NCBI GenBank assembly: GCA_017424405.1
Contig: JAFPAD010000082.1
Location: 15,802 to 79,801 of the forward strand
Source: Alistipes sp.
GTDB lineage: Bacteria > Bacteroidota > Bacteroidia > Bacteroidales > Rikenellaceae
Length of the DNA stretch: 64,000 bases
Direction of reading: 5' to 3'
Numbering within the stretch: the first letter of the stretch is position 1; the number at the start of each line of letters is the position of its first letter. The position numbers and the translations under genes were made by a program. The notes below the pieces were generated by a model. The model was not told the DNA's origin and did no database searches. It worked only from the letters and a program-made list of their open reading frames with translations. Of the stretch, positions 46,657 through 57,461 are shown in pieces.

Positions 46657-48939
46657 TTATGCAACTTTTAGTTGTATCTCTTCTTCGCAAAGCGAGATGT
46701 TTATGGTGTTACCTCTCTCTATTTCTTCTTCCACAATAAGTCGTGATAGCGGCTCCTCGATGAGGCTTGAGATGGCGCGTCGCAAGGTTCGAGCCCCATA
46801 TCTTGGCAGGAATCCTATTTGCGCCAAATGCTGTTTCACATTTGCCGAGATATTTACTCGGTATCCTAAATCGTTGGAACGACTGATGAGTTCACCGAGC
46901 TCTATATCAATGATTTGAAGTGCGTCATCAGTCGTTAGATTTCGAAAGCATATTATCCTATCAATGCGGTTCAAAAACTCTGGTGCAAAGTTCTTCTCCA
47001 GAGCCTCGTGGTAATGCTCCGAAGTTGAGGATAGGGTGTTTTCTTGCTTCGACGGCGTGTTGAATCCTGCCACATAACGGTCGTGTCGTGTGTCGGTGTT
47101 TGCGCCAATATTCGAGGTGAGAATAATAATCGTATTTTTAAAATCTATTCTAAGTCCTGCGCCATCTGTTAGATGACCTTCGTCGAATATCTGCAACATA
47201 AGATTCAATACATCAGGGTGAGCCTTTTCTATCTCGTCGAGCAACACTACGGCGTAGGGTTGTCGTCTTACTGCTTCGCTGAGTTGTCCTCCCTCGCCAT
47301 ATCCAACATATCCGGGCGGTGAGCCTATAAGACGTGATATGCTGTGTCGTTCACCACACTCCGACATATCGATGCGAATCAAACTTTTGTCATTATTGAA
47401 TAGGTAAGCCGACAACTCTTTAGCAAGGAGTGTTTTCCCTACACCCGTCGGACCTGCGAATAAAAACACACCGATGGGGCGGTTATGTTGCCTTAAGCCC
47501 GACTTATGCAATAGCAGAGTTTTGGCGAGCTGGTCGATAGCTTCTCGTTGTCCTACAACGCGACTTTTTAGGTGGCGTGGTAAATGCTTGATTTTCTCCC
47601 GTTCGTTGAGTGATAACTGCTCTACGGGAATACCTGTTGTGCGTGTTATTATACGTTCTATGTCGGTTCTATCAACCACGTGCGCAGTAGGTGGTAAGCA
47701 AGAGTTCGTCATCTGATGCGCATAAGCTCCCGCCTCGTCCAGCAAATCAATGGCTTTGTCGGGAAGATGACGTTCATTTATATAGCGCTCACTCAGTTCA
47801 ACACAAGCTCGTAGAGCATCTTCAGTGTAATGTATCCCATGATGCTGTTCGTAATTCGGAGCTATCTGTCGTAAAATGTCAAGTGTCTGAGCAATAGACG
47901 TAGGCTCAATAGTCACTCTCTGAAAACGTCGTTCCAAACTCGCATCGCCCTCTATGTATTTGCGATATTCGTCGTGTGTTGTTGCGCCTATTAGGCGTAT
48001 ATCTCCACGAGCAAGTGCGGGTTTTAATATGTTGGCAATATCCAAACTTCCCTGCGTTGCACCTGCCCCTGCAATGGTATGTATCTCGTCGATGAATAGA
48101 ATTATATCATCTCGGTGTTGCAGCTCGTCAATTAATTGTTGCATGCGTTGCTCAAATTCGCCACGATATTTTGTTCCAGCAATAAGTGCTGCAACATTCA
48201 ATGAATAGAGTCGTTTATTCTGCAACGGCTGCGGAACATGCTGTGAGCTAATTTTAACAGCCAAAGCCTCAACGATAGCGCTCTTGCCTACACCTGCATC
48301 ACCAATGAGTATGGGATTATTCTTCTTGCGACGACACAATATCTGCATCAGGCGTGCAATGTCGTCATCTCTACCAATAACAGGGTCGAACTTTCCCTCT
48401 TCGGCGATCTTGGTTAAGTCGGTGGCGTATTTCTCTATTGGGTCAAGGACGTTTTTTGATGCGCTTTGAGAATCTTCTTGAGAATTAGCCATTTGATTGT
48501 CTGCTTGCTCAAACTCATTGTGCGAATAGAGCAGTGACTGAAACGCGAAGGAGTGTGCTGTAATTCCAAAGTGCGACAACACTTGCGATGTGGCGGTGGC
48601 GGTCCTTGCAACAATCAAGCGCAGCAAGTGTAGTGAGGTGACCATCTGCTCTTTGCTGTTGTTGAGTAGCTGACGGCGTATGTCGCTGAAAAAATCTTTT
48701 GGCGAAAGTTGCTCGTGGTCGGGCTGCTCGGTGATAAGATGCGCTATCCTGGTGGGAAGTTGTTGTAGTTCCCAGTCGTGTAATCTGTTTCTTAACTCTT
48801 GGTATGCGATTGAACTCTCGTCGCGCAATATTGTGAGCGCAGCGTAGTCCAGATAAGAGTGTCTAATATCCTCTTTTGTTAGGTCAAAGGTCGTAAGAGC
48901 CAGTGCGGCATCTAAACAATTCGATATTTTAATAGCCAT
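46657..48939 (-). CDS. ClpA/ClpC-family AAA+ chaperone (two nucleotide-binding domains)
   Basis: GDAGVGKS, FIDEIH, GPTGVGKT, GSPPGYVGY, DEIEKAH, YGARTLRR. Confidence 0.9.
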   Translation of the reverse strand: MAIKISNCLDAALALTTFDLTKEDIRHSYLDYAALTILRDESSIAYQELRNRLHDWELQQLPTRIAHLITEQPDHEQLSPKDFFSDIRRQLLNNSKEQMVTSLHLLRLIVARTATATSQVLSHFGITAHSFAFQSLLYSHNEFEQADNQMANSQEDSQSASKNVLDPIEKYATDLTKIAEEGKFDPVIGRDDDIARLMQILCRRKKNNPILIGDAGVGKSAIVEALAVKISSQHVPQPLQNKRLYSLNVAALIAGTKYRGEFEQRMQQLIDELQHRDDIILFIDEIHTIAGAGATQGSLDIANILKPALARGDIRLIGATTHDEYRKYIEGDASLERRFQRVTIEPTSIAQTLDILRQIAPNYEQHHGIHYTEDALRACVELSERYINERHLPDKAIDLLDEAGAYAHQMTNSCLPPTAHVVDRTDIERIITRTTGIPVEQLSLNEREKIKHLPRHLKSRVVGQREAIDQLAKTLLLHKSGLRQHNRPIGVFLFAGPTGVGKTLLAKELSAYLFNNDKSLIRIDMSECGERHSISRLIGSPPGYVGYGEGGQLSEAVRRQPYAVVLLDEIEKAHPDVLNLMLQIFDEGHLTDGAGLRIDFKNTIIILTSNIGANTDTRHDRYVAGFNTPSKQENTLSSTSEHYHEALEKNFAPEFLNRIDRIICFRNLTTDDALQIIDIELGELISRSNDLGYRVNISANVKQHLAQIGFLPRYGARTLRRAISSLIEEPLSRLIVEEEIERGNTINISLCEEEIQLKVA

Positions 48940-49025
48940 AATTTCAATTTTTACGGCTATATAACGAGTCGGAAGTAGTAGTTATTATGTTAAATTGTTT
49001 AGTCTAATCAGCTATCTGTATTCTT

Positions 49026-49517
49026 CTATCGAGCCCATTCTCCAATCTCCATATCTTTAATTTGCTCGCCGTCGATGGTGAAGCGTATGGCTGTTCTTAC
49101 CTTGTGAAAGCCATAATTACCTGCCGCTCCAGGATTTATGTGCAGAAGTGAATATATTGGGTCGTACATAACCTTCAATATGTGGGAGTGCCCTGCAATG
49201 AATATGTCGGGACGCGTAGATTGAATTAATCTTACGGCAGCGGGAGAGTAGTGGCGCAGGTAACCTCCAATGTGGGTTATGAGTATGCGCTTGCCCTCAC
49301 ATTCAAAGGCTGTAAAATCATTATACACACGACGAATTACACCGCCGTCGATATTGCCATATACACCTCGCAGGGGCTTGAATGCGGCAATTTCATCGGC
49401 AAGTTCCAATGAGCCAAAATCGCCTGCATGCCAAATTTCATCAACATCTTTTAAGAAGATGCGTAGCTTTTCATCAAAGCATCCGTGAGTGTCGGATATT
49501 ACACCTATGCGTTTCAT
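49026..49517 (-). CDS. YfcE-like metallophosphoesterase
   Basis: ISDTHG, HAGD, GNID, GHSH, INPG. Confidence 0.9.
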   Translation of the reverse strand: MKRIGVISDTHGCFDEKLRIFLKDVDEIWHAGDFGSLELADEIAAFKPLRGVYGNIDGGVIRRVYNDFTAFECEGKRILITHIGGYLRHYSPAAVRLIQSTRPDIFIAGHSHILKVMYDPIYSLLHINPGAAGNYGFHKVRTAIRFTIDGEQIKDMEIGEWAR

Positions 49518-50464
49518 CGTTTGTAATTTGACTTGATGAAATCCGTCGGCAAGAAGAATGTTTTTGCTTTCGGAATATTTTGGTCAAGAATGAGAGTCGT
49601 ACGTTGTAAATGACGTCTCTTCGCAACATACTCATCAAGGAATATGAGTATCTCCTTTTGGTTGAAATGCATAGGCTTGCCTGCCATAGCATGAGAGTCA
49701 TACTCTACCGTGTAGAGCCAATATGGCATTCCCGATTTGTGCAGTTTTTCAGCGATGTATTTCGAACCATACATTCCTTTACCCAACATAGCAACCTTGT
49801 TGTAAGGTACTTGAGTGTCGGAACTGCCATGGAACAGAAGCATCGGCGCAGCTGGATTTTCCCATTTTGGAGCGCCGTCGGTGGAGAATACTGCTCCCGC
49901 AAAGGCAATGATACCAGCGTAATTGAAGTCCTCTCGAAGGTGTGTCGTTACCTCAAGGTTGTTACATATTGAGTACTCTGCTTGCAGAGCAGTTATTGCG
50001 CCAGCACTTGAGCCGCTAACAACAATCTGCGAGGGGTCAATCTGCCAATCGTCGGCGTTGTCGAGTATGTAGTTTGTTGCCGAAAATAGATCTTCAACAG
50101 CAATGTTCACTGTCTTGTTGAAGAGTCTTAAAAACTCTATCATGCCGGGTGAGTTCACCCCGTTCATACCCAAACGATAATCAATCGAAACAACATCATA
50201 TCCGTTTCGAGCCAAAAAGTGGAAGTAGGGTATATCTCTATCAATGTCGCGAGTTCCTCTGACGAAGCCTCCGCCAAAAACAAATATAACGCAAGGACGC
50301 TTGCCCTCAACGGGTGCAACGTAGTGGTCAAGATACAACGAATCTGCACCCTTTATCGCATATAGATGCGTGTGCTTTGCAGGTGTTGAAGTGTCATTGC
50401 TCCCTTGAGCCATTGCCGTCAGGGTGAATAATATAGCGCAAAAGATAGTTACAATATACCTCAT
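49514..50464 (-). CDS. Secreted alpha/beta-hydrolase (esterase)
   Basis: Signal peptide, FGGGF oxyanion motif, GSSAG nucleophile, HGSSD..VP. Confidence 0.87.
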   Translation of the reverse strand: MRYIVTIFCAILFTLTAMAQGSNDTSTPAKHTHLYAIKGADSLYLDHYVAPVEGKRPCVIFVFGGGFVRGTRDIDRDIPYFHFLARNGYDVVSIDYRLGMNGVNSPGMIEFLRLFNKTVNIAVEDLFSATNYILDNADDWQIDPSQIVVSGSSAGAITALQAEYSICNNLEVTTHLREDFNYAGIIAFAGAVFSTDGAPKWENPAAPMLLFHGSSDTQVPYNKVAMLGKGMYGSKYIAEKLHKSGMPYWLYTVEYDSHAMAGKPMHFNQKEILIFLDEYVAKRRHLQRTTLILDQNIPKAKTFFLPTDFIKSNYKR

Positions 50465-50470
50465 ACTTTG

Positions 50471-51745
50471 TTATTTATATTTACCGTTCCACAAACTATT
50501 TATCCGTTCTGCAATCTTTTGCTCTTGCTGGTTTTGCACGTTTGGACGATAAAATTGATGTCCTACAAGCGTCTCAGGCATAAACTCCTGATTGACAAAT
50601 CCACCCGCATAGTCGTGTGCATATTTGTAATCTTTGCCATAGCCCGCCTCGCTCATTAAGCGTGTAGGGGCATTGCGCAGATGTAGTGGTACAGGTCGAT
50701 TTGTTGTATCGTTGTTCACAAAAGCAAGAGCCTCATTTATTGCCATATACGCTGAATTGCTCTTAGGGCTTGTGGCGAGGTAAATGGTCGTCTCGGCGAG
50801 AGTGATGCGAGCTTCGGGCATTCCTATCTTATGCACCGTGTCGAAGCACGCATTAGCCAATAGCAACGCATTTGGGTTTGCCAATCCTATATCCTCTGAG
50901 GCGAGAATTACCAATCGTCGTGCAATGAAGCGTGGCTCTTCTCCTCCTGCCAACATGCGTGCCAAATAGTAAATTGCAGCATTAGGATCGCTGCCTCTTA
51001 CCGATTTTATAAATGCCGAGATTACATCGTAGTGCTGCTCTCCATTTTTGTCGTAGAGTGCGATGTTTTGTTGAAGGCACTCTGTTACATACTCATCGGT
51101 GATGTCGATGTCACCATCTGATGCTCCGACAATAATATCCAAGATGTTGAGTAGCTTGCGCGCGTCACCTCCCGAAAATTTAAATAGTGCCGAGGTCTGC
51201 GAGACTGTTATATTTCGTTTTTGTAGCTCTTCGTCTGTTGTTATTGCTCGAGTGAGTAGTGTTTGTAACTCTTCATCGTTCATCGATTTCAGAATATACA
51301 CCTGACAACGACTCAGAAGCGGCGAGATGACCTCAAACGAAGGATTCTCGGTTGTAGCACCTATGAGAGTTACGATGCCCTGTTCCACAGCTCCAAGCAA
51401 TGAGTCCTGCTGGCTTTTGTTGAAGCGGTGAATCTCGTCGATGAATAGAAAAGCCGATTTGGGTTGGAACAAACTATTCTTGCGAGCTGTTTCAATTACC
51501 TCACGCACATCTTTAACGCCTGAAGTTACAGCTGAAAGGGTGTAGAACGGACGTTGCAGATGGTTGGCTACGAGCTTGGCAAGAGTTGTCTTTCCCACGC
51601 CCGGAGGTCCCCACAGAATAAACGATGGCACATTCCCCGTCTCAAGGAATTTGCTGAATACTCCGTTTGGTCCCACTAAGTGAGTTTGTCCTATGTATTC
51701 CTCTATTGATTTAGGTCTAAGTCGTTCTGCTAAGGGTGTACTCAT
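50471..51745 (-). CDS. rarA: Replication-associated recombination protein A
   Basis: [48 protein letters not shown]. Confidence 0.95.
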   Translation of the reverse strand: MSTPLAERLRPKSIEEYIGQTHLVGPNGVFSKFLETGNVPSFILWGPPGVGKTTLAKLVANHLQRPFYTLSAVTSGVKDVREVIETARKNSLFQPKSAFLFIDEIHRFNKSQQDSLLGAVEQGIVTLIGATTENPSFEVISPLLSRCQVYILKSMNDEELQTLLTRAITTDEELQKRNITVSQTSALFKFSGGDARKLLNILDIIVGASDGDIDITDEYVTECLQQNIALYDKNGEQHYDVISAFIKSVRGSDPNAAIYYLARMLAGGEEPRFIARRLVILASEDIGLANPNALLLANACFDTVHKIGMPEARITLAETTIYLATSPKSNSAYMAINEALAFVNNDTTNRPVPLHLRNAPTRLMSEAGYGKDYKYAHDYAGGFVNQEFMPETLVGHQFYRPNVQNQQEQKIAERINSLWNGKYK

Positions 51746-51773
51746 GATTGATAAATGAGATGGTTGCAAACTT

Positions 51774-53087
51774 TTATTTCAGATACTCTAAAATGTTGCC
51801 ACTAATCTGCATTAGAGATATTTCGCACAATTTAGTGTTGTACTCTGCCGTTAAGATACGCTCCTCGGCATCAAGCAAACTCTTCTGAGCCTCACGCATC
51901 TCTATACCGGGTAGGTCGCCGAGCAAATATCGTTCCATAGCAATCTCGTAATTCTCCTTTGCGGCAATCAGATTTTGTTGCTCCAATTTTATCACCTCCA
52001 AGTTATTGGTGTATGCCTGCCAGAAGTTAGCAAGGTCGGCCATGAGCGATTGCTCTAATTGTTCGCGTGAAAGTTTTGCATTTGCAATCTCGATGCGAGC
52101 ATTGTTCTGCTCACGTCGGCGGTTACCATCAAATATGGTGAAGCCCATGCGCACACCAACATTAGGACCCATCGCACCACGCACTTTTGTGTCCCCGGTT
52201 CCGTATATGTTTCTATTGTAACCATATCCTGCCGATAGGTTCAAGTATGGGAAGTTGCGTGATTTCATAGCCTTCAAATCGAGCTCCGAGAGTGCTGTGT
52301 TGCGGTTAGCAATTAACAATTCGGAGTTCGACTCATTCATATTCTGCTTTAAAATATCCCACTCAAGTTTGGTGTTTACGTCAATCACCGAATCTCTTGC
52401 AAAGCATTGCTCAGTGACATTCGCATTTGCCATCAATTCATTTATGCGGATACGTGAGGCTGTCACCAACTCCTGCTGTGTCATGTACTGCGATGAGTCG
52501 GCGTTGAAATCCACGCGAGCTTGTAGCCAATCCAAACGAGAGAAATCACCAATGCGGTATCTGGCTTCGGTTATGCGCAATCGTTCGCGCGAAAGAGCAA
52601 CGGCATAACGATAATTCTTCAAACGCAATGTCTGTTGAATTAAATTGTAATACTCGGCAGTTAGGTTTGCAACGAAATCCTCCACCTCCAAACGAGTCTG
52701 CAACAGACCTAACGTCTTTAACTCCTGCAACTTCTTGTAGGAAGTCTGTAGCTTCAGTCCATTAAATATGGTCCAACCCAGCGATACGCCAACATCCATA
52801 GTTTGATTGTATGCAGCACTATTTGTGTAGCTTTCGCCCTCACGTGGTGTGATGCGGGTTTGGTCGGCTGCGCCTGAGTAGCCTGCCGAGAGGTCAAGTG
52901 TAGGTAGCATACCTGCATTTGCCATTGTCGCATTGTTTGAAGCAATCTGTTGTTTGTTTCGAACAATTTGCAAATCGTAGTTATGCTGTAATCCAATCTC
53001 AAGACACTCCTTAAGTGACACAATCTTTTGTGCCGATACATTTGCCATGCAGGCAATGATGAATATAAGTGAAATTATGTATCTCAT
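51774..53087 (-). CDS. TolC-family outer membrane efflux protein
   Basis: Signal peptide, two OEP repeats (LPTLDLS / FPYLNLS); last gene of the RND operon. Confidence 0.9.
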   Translation of the reverse strand: MRYIISLIFIIACMANVSAQKIVSLKECLEIGLQHNYDLQIVRNKQQIASNNATMANAGMLPTLDLSAGYSGAADQTRITPREGESYTNSAAYNQTMDVGVSLGWTIFNGLKLQTSYKKLQELKTLGLLQTRLEVEDFVANLTAEYYNLIQQTLRLKNYRYAVALSRERLRITEARYRIGDFSRLDWLQARVDFNADSSQYMTQQELVTASRIRINELMANANVTEQCFARDSVIDVNTKLEWDILKQNMNESNSELLIANRNTALSELDLKAMKSRNFPYLNLSAGYGYNRNIYGTGDTKVRGAMGPNVGVRMGFTIFDGNRRREQNNARIEIANAKLSREQLEQSLMADLANFWQAYTNNLEVIKLEQQNLIAAKENYEIAMERYLLGDLPGIEMREAQKSLLDAEERILTAEYNTKLCEISLMQISGNILEYLK

Positions 53088-53106
53088 AATGTAAAAGGTT
53101 GTTCTG

Positions 53107-56100
53107 TTACTCTTTCTCTATCAGTTTGCTACGGTCGGTCGATACGTAGGAGTAGATGGCAGGCACGATGTATAGCGTAAGGATTGTAGATACGACCAAT
53201 CCTCCCACAACGGCAACACCCATCGCGATACGTCCGTTGGCTCCCTCACCCGTTGCGACAGTCAAAGGTAGAAGTCCCAAAATTGTTGAGGCGCTTGTCA
53301 TCAAAATTGGGCGCATACGTTGCAATGCAGCTCCTTCAATGGCATCACGCAAACTCTCACCAGCCTCTTGTTTTTGGTTGGCAAACTCCACAATCAAAAT
53401 ACCATTCTTTGCCACCAATCCAATCAACATGATAATACCAATCTGGCTGTAAATATTCATGGTCTGACCTGTCGATGCCATAAATATCAAAGCTCCAGCA
53501 ATCGCCAAAGGCACCGTGAGCATGATGACAAATGGGTCTTTGAAACTCTCAAACTGAGCAGCCAAAATCAAATAAATCAATACGATGGCGAGCAAGAATG
53601 CGAACAATAAGCTCGAAGAACTCTCTCTAAACTCCTTTGAATCTCCCGTGAGGGCTGTTCTGAAGTCGTCAGGAAGTACCTCGGCTGCAATTCTATCCAT
53701 CTCGTCCAAACCTTCACCGATGGTCTTGCCCTTTGCCAATCCGGCAGAGATTGTGGCCGATAGGAAGCGGTTGTAGTGGTAAAGTTGTGGTGGGGCAACA
53801 TTCTCTTGCAATGTGACCATGTTGTCCATCTGTATCATCTCGCCACTTGAACTGCGCAGATATATCGATTTCAAATCAGCAGGTTTGTTACGTTGCTGAC
53901 GGTTAATCTCTGCCAAAATCTCATACTGCTTACCATTCATGTAGAAATATCCCATACGCTGACCGCTCAAACCATATTGCAGTGTCTGGGCAATATCACG
54001 AGTTGATACACCCAACAGATTGGCTTTGTCGCGATTGATGGTGATGCGTGCCTCAGGCTTCGAGAATTTTAGGTTTACGTCAGCCATCTGCAATACATCG
54101 CTCTCGTAAACTTTCTCCATGAATTTAGGCAATACCTCCTCCAATCTCTCAATCGACATCGCTTGCAATACATACTGCACAGGCATACCTCCACGGCGGC
54201 TACCAAATGTGCTTTGCTGCTGTACGAAGGCGCGAGCTTTGGTCTGCTTTCTAACTACGGCAGAGAGCTCTTCGGCAATCTCCATCTGTGAACGTTCACG
54301 TGTCGAGAGGTCGTTCAATGCTATCTGAATGTTACCACGACCACTGCTCACACGTGCTGTGACATATTTCGATTCAGGCACCAAAGAGTCAATCTTCTGG
54401 TTGATGCTCTCGGTGTAGTCGCGCATATACTCATACGTAGCACCCTCCGAGCCCATCGTGTTGATGTTGATTTGCGATCTATCCTCCAATGGAGCCAACT
54501 CGGCAGGTATAGAGTTCCATAGCCAACCAATTATCACAAACATAGCAACGGTGATAGGAATTGCCAACCAGCGATGCTTTAGGAACGAGGCGAGGGTAGA
54601 ACTGTAAAAATTATTGAGTCCAACGAAGAAAGGCTCAGTCTTCTCGTAGAACCAACTCTGCTTCTCGGTCTTCTTCAAAATCTTTGAGGCGAGCATTGGA
54701 GTGACGGTCAAAGCGGCAAACGTCGAGATTATCACAGCGCCCGAAATCACCAAGCTAAACTCGATGAATAGCTTACCCGTCATACCCTCCATAAACACGA
54801 TAGGGAAGAATACGGCAAGCAGGGTGACAGATGTCGAGATTACGGCAAAGAAAATCTCCTTTGCGCCCTCGATACCAGCTTCAAAAGGTCGCATTCCTCG
54901 CTCGATTCGAATGTATATGTTTTCCGTCATCACGATGGCATCATCTACCACCAATCCAACCGACAACACCACCGCCAACATCGAAAGCACATTGATTGAG
55001 AAGCCCGCTAAATACATCAAGAAGAATGTTCCGATAAGCGAAACGGGAATCACAATACATGGGATAAGTGTCACGCGGAAGTTTCTGAGGAACAGGAAGA
55101 TGATGATTACCACCAAAATAAATGCCTCATATACGGTTTTCTTCACCTCATCGATTGAAGCTCTGATGAATCGTGTGTTGTCGAAACCGTAGCTTAGAAC
55201 AACATCTTCGGGCAAATCCTTTTTCATGGTTTTTACACGCTCATATACGGCGTCAGCAATCTCGATGTGGTTTGCACCTGGCTGTGGAATTACAACAACA
55301 CCCACCATCGGCACACCATTCATCTTCATGTAGCTACGTGTATCCTGTGGACCCAACTCGGCACGACCGATGTCGCTAAGACGAATGATTCTGTCGTCGC
55401 TTTCGCGTACCACCAAGTCGTTAAACTCCTGAGCGGTGTGCATTAATCCCATTGTGCGGATAGTCAGCTCGGTGGTGTTACCCTCGATACTTCCCGATGG
55501 CAACTCCACGTTCTCTCTATCGAGCGCTGTCTTTACATCCACAGGAGTGATGCCGTATCCCGCCATCTTGGCTGGGTCTAACCATATACGCATCGAATAA
55601 CGTTTCTCACCCCAAATCTGTACGGCACTCACATCGCTGATGGTCTGCAGCTGCTCCTTGATTGTAAGGTCTGCAATCTCGCTAATCTCCAACAAAGAAC
55701 GCTTGTCACTCTGCACAGCCAACATGAGAATTGGCATAGCATCGGCATCGGCCTTCGACACTGTTGGAGGGTCGCAGTCGCGAGGCAGGAAACGCTGTGC
55801 GCGTGACACCTTATCACGCACGTCATTTGCTGCTGTCTCCAAATCCACCGACAACTCAAACTCTACCGTTATTCGGCTACTTCCTTGCGAGCTGACGCTC
55901 GACAGTGAACGAATACCTGGGATACCATTGATATTCTGCTCCAGCGGCTCGGTAATCTGGTTTTCAATAACGTCGGCATTTGCACCTGGATACGAGCAAT
56001 TCACCGAGATTATCGGATTATCTACGCTGGGGTATTCTCTAACGCCCAATGATGAGTAACCGATTACACCGAAGATGATGATAATGAGTGTTAATACGGT

Positions 56101-56142
56101 TGCCAATACCGGGCGGCGTATGCTTAATTCGGAAATATTCAT
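53107..56142 (-). CDS. RND efflux transporter permease (AcrB/MdtB-like)
   Basis: IRRPVLA, GLVVDDAIV, AKNGILIVEFA, RMRPILMT. Confidence 0.95.
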   Translation of the reverse strand: MNISELSIRRPVLATVLTLIIIIFGVIGYSSLGVREYPSVDNPIISVNCSYPGANADVIENQITEPLEQNINGIPGIRSLSSVSSQGSSRITVEFELSVDLETAANDVRDKVSRAQRFLPRDCDPPTVSKADADAMPILMLAVQSDKRSLLEISEIADLTIKEQLQTISDVSAVQIWGEKRYSMRIWLDPAKMAGYGITPVDVKTALDRENVELPSGSIEGNTTELTIRTMGLMHTAQEFNDLVVRESDDRIIRLSDIGRAELGPQDTRSYMKMNGVPMVGVVVIPQPGANHIEIADAVYERVKTMKKDLPEDVVLSYGFDNTRFIRASIDEVKKTVYEAFILVVIIIFLFLRNFRVTLIPCIVIPVSLIGTFFLMYLAGFSINVLSMLAVVLSVGLVVDDAIVMTENIYIRIERGMRPFEAGIEGAKEIFFAVISTSVTLLAVFFPIVFMEGMTGKLFIEFSLVISGAVIISTFAALTVTPMLASKILKKTEKQSWFYEKTEPFFVGLNNFYSSTLASFLKHRWLAIPITVAMFVIIGWLWNSIPAELAPLEDRSQININTMGSEGATYEYMRDYTESINQKIDSLVPESKYVTARVSSGRGNIQIALNDLSTRERSQMEIAEELSAVVRKQTKARAFVQQQSTFGSRRGGMPVQYVLQAMSIERLEEVLPKFMEKVYESDVLQMADVNLKFSKPEARITINRDKANLLGVSTRDIAQTLQYGLSGQRMGYFYMNGKQYEILAEINRQQRNKPADLKSIYLRSSSGEMIQMDNMVTLQENVAPPQLYHYNRFLSATISAGLAKGKTIGEGLDEMDRIAAEVLPDDFRTALTGDSKEFRESSSSLLFAFLLAIVLIYLILAAQFESFKDPFVIMLTVPLAIAGALIFMASTGQTMNIYSQIGIIMLIGLVAKNGILIVEFANQKQEAGESLRDAIEGAALQRMRPILMTSASTILGLLPLTVATGEGANGRIAMGVAVVGGLVVSTILTLYIVPAIYSYVSTDRSKLIEKE

Positions 56143-56157
56143 AGTCGCAATGGATTA

Positions 56158-57234
56158 TTATTCAACAACGTCCAACTTAACAGGTAAGCCTTCGCGAAGC
56201 TGCAAAGTTCCCGATGTGATGATTGTATCACCCAATTCAATACCTTCAATGATATGTATCAATGCGTCGGTACGCAAACCGGTTTTCACGGTAGTAGCGT
56301 GAGCCTTACCTGAGCGGTAGATATAAACTTTATCAACACCCATCTCTGGAACGATAGCCTCTGTTGGGATAGCGATTGCCTGAGGAATATCGCTCATGCG
56401 AATTCTTGCCGAGATGAAGCGACCCGGCATCAACTGACCGTTGGTGTTGGGGTATGTAGCACGTATGGCAAGTGTGCGAGTCTGCATGTCTACCTCCGAC
56501 TCCTTTGCATATACCGATGCTTTGTAGGTCTGGTTACGTCCTTCAACGGTAAATGTCAGCGGAGTGCCCACTTTAATCTCGTCGGCATAGCGCTCTGGGA
56601 TATACATGTCAATCTTCAAAGGTGATATTTTTGTGAGTTTGGCAACCACGACGCTTGGTGAAGCGTATGCACCTTCGCTGACGTTACGCAAACCTATCAC
56701 ACCATCAAATGGAGCTCGAAGTTCGGTCAAGGCAATGTTCTGCTTTACGATGTCGATGTCGGCATTGAGCATGGCAAGTTCGGTGCGCGCCTGCTCAAAA
56801 GCCTCCTGACTCACGGCATCTTTTTCCAAAAGCGTGCTTTGACGATACACTCTATCTTGCGCCAACTTAAGCTGAGCCTCGTATCTCTTCAACTGCGCTT
56901 GTAGGGTCTTGTCATTGACCTTTGCCAGCAAGTCGCCCTTTTTTACCAAAGCACCCTCCTTGAAGAGAATATCCACAATTTTACCAGATGTCTCGAATGT
57001 CAAATCCACCTCCTCGTCAGGGAGCAGATTGCCCACCATTGCAATATCTTCGGTGAGAGATTGATGATTGATTATCAATCCATTGACGTTTAGAGTGTTT
57101 TGTTTAGCACTCTTTTGTGCAACTTGGGGCTGTTCACCTTCTGAGGTCTTGTGGTTAGAGTAGTACTTGTAACCTCCTGCCATTAAGCAAAAAAGAGCGA
57201 TAACGACAGTTGTAATGATCCATTTTCTTTTCAT
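56158..57234 (-). CDS. RND efflux periplasmic adaptor (MFP)
   Basis: N-terminal TM, VKKGDLL, LRAPFDGVIG. Confidence 0.93.
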   Translation of the reverse strand: MKRKWIITTVVIALFCLMAGGYKYYSNHKTSEGEQPQVAQKSAKQNTLNVNGLIINHQSLTEDIAMVGNLLPDEEVDLTFETSGKIVDILFKEGALVKKGDLLAKVNDKTLQAQLKRYEAQLKLAQDRVYRQSTLLEKDAVSQEAFEQARTELAMLNADIDIVKQNIALTELRAPFDGVIGLRNVSEGAYASPSVVVAKLTKISPLKIDMYIPERYADEIKVGTPLTFTVEGRNQTYKASVYAKESEVDMQTRTLAIRATYPNTNGQLMPGRFISARIRMSDIPQAIAIPTEAIVPEMGVDKVYIYRSGKAHATTVKTGLRTDALIHIIEGIELGDTIITSGTLQLREGLPVKLDVVE

Positions 57235-57461
57235 ATCTAAGTCTGTTTTTTATATATCTAAACAATTGTTCAAAGTTACAAAATATATTATTAATAGCCA
57301 TGCTTTGAGCTTAAAATTTATGGCGAATCGGCAAATTCTTGGGTTGAATTGTTGTGGTTGTATGTCGCTTTTAAGGAATGAATACGACATTATTTTTACC
57401 ATATTGAATACTTTTGTGTAAATCTTTCGTGATTTTAAATCTTTGTACTACTTTTGCCACC

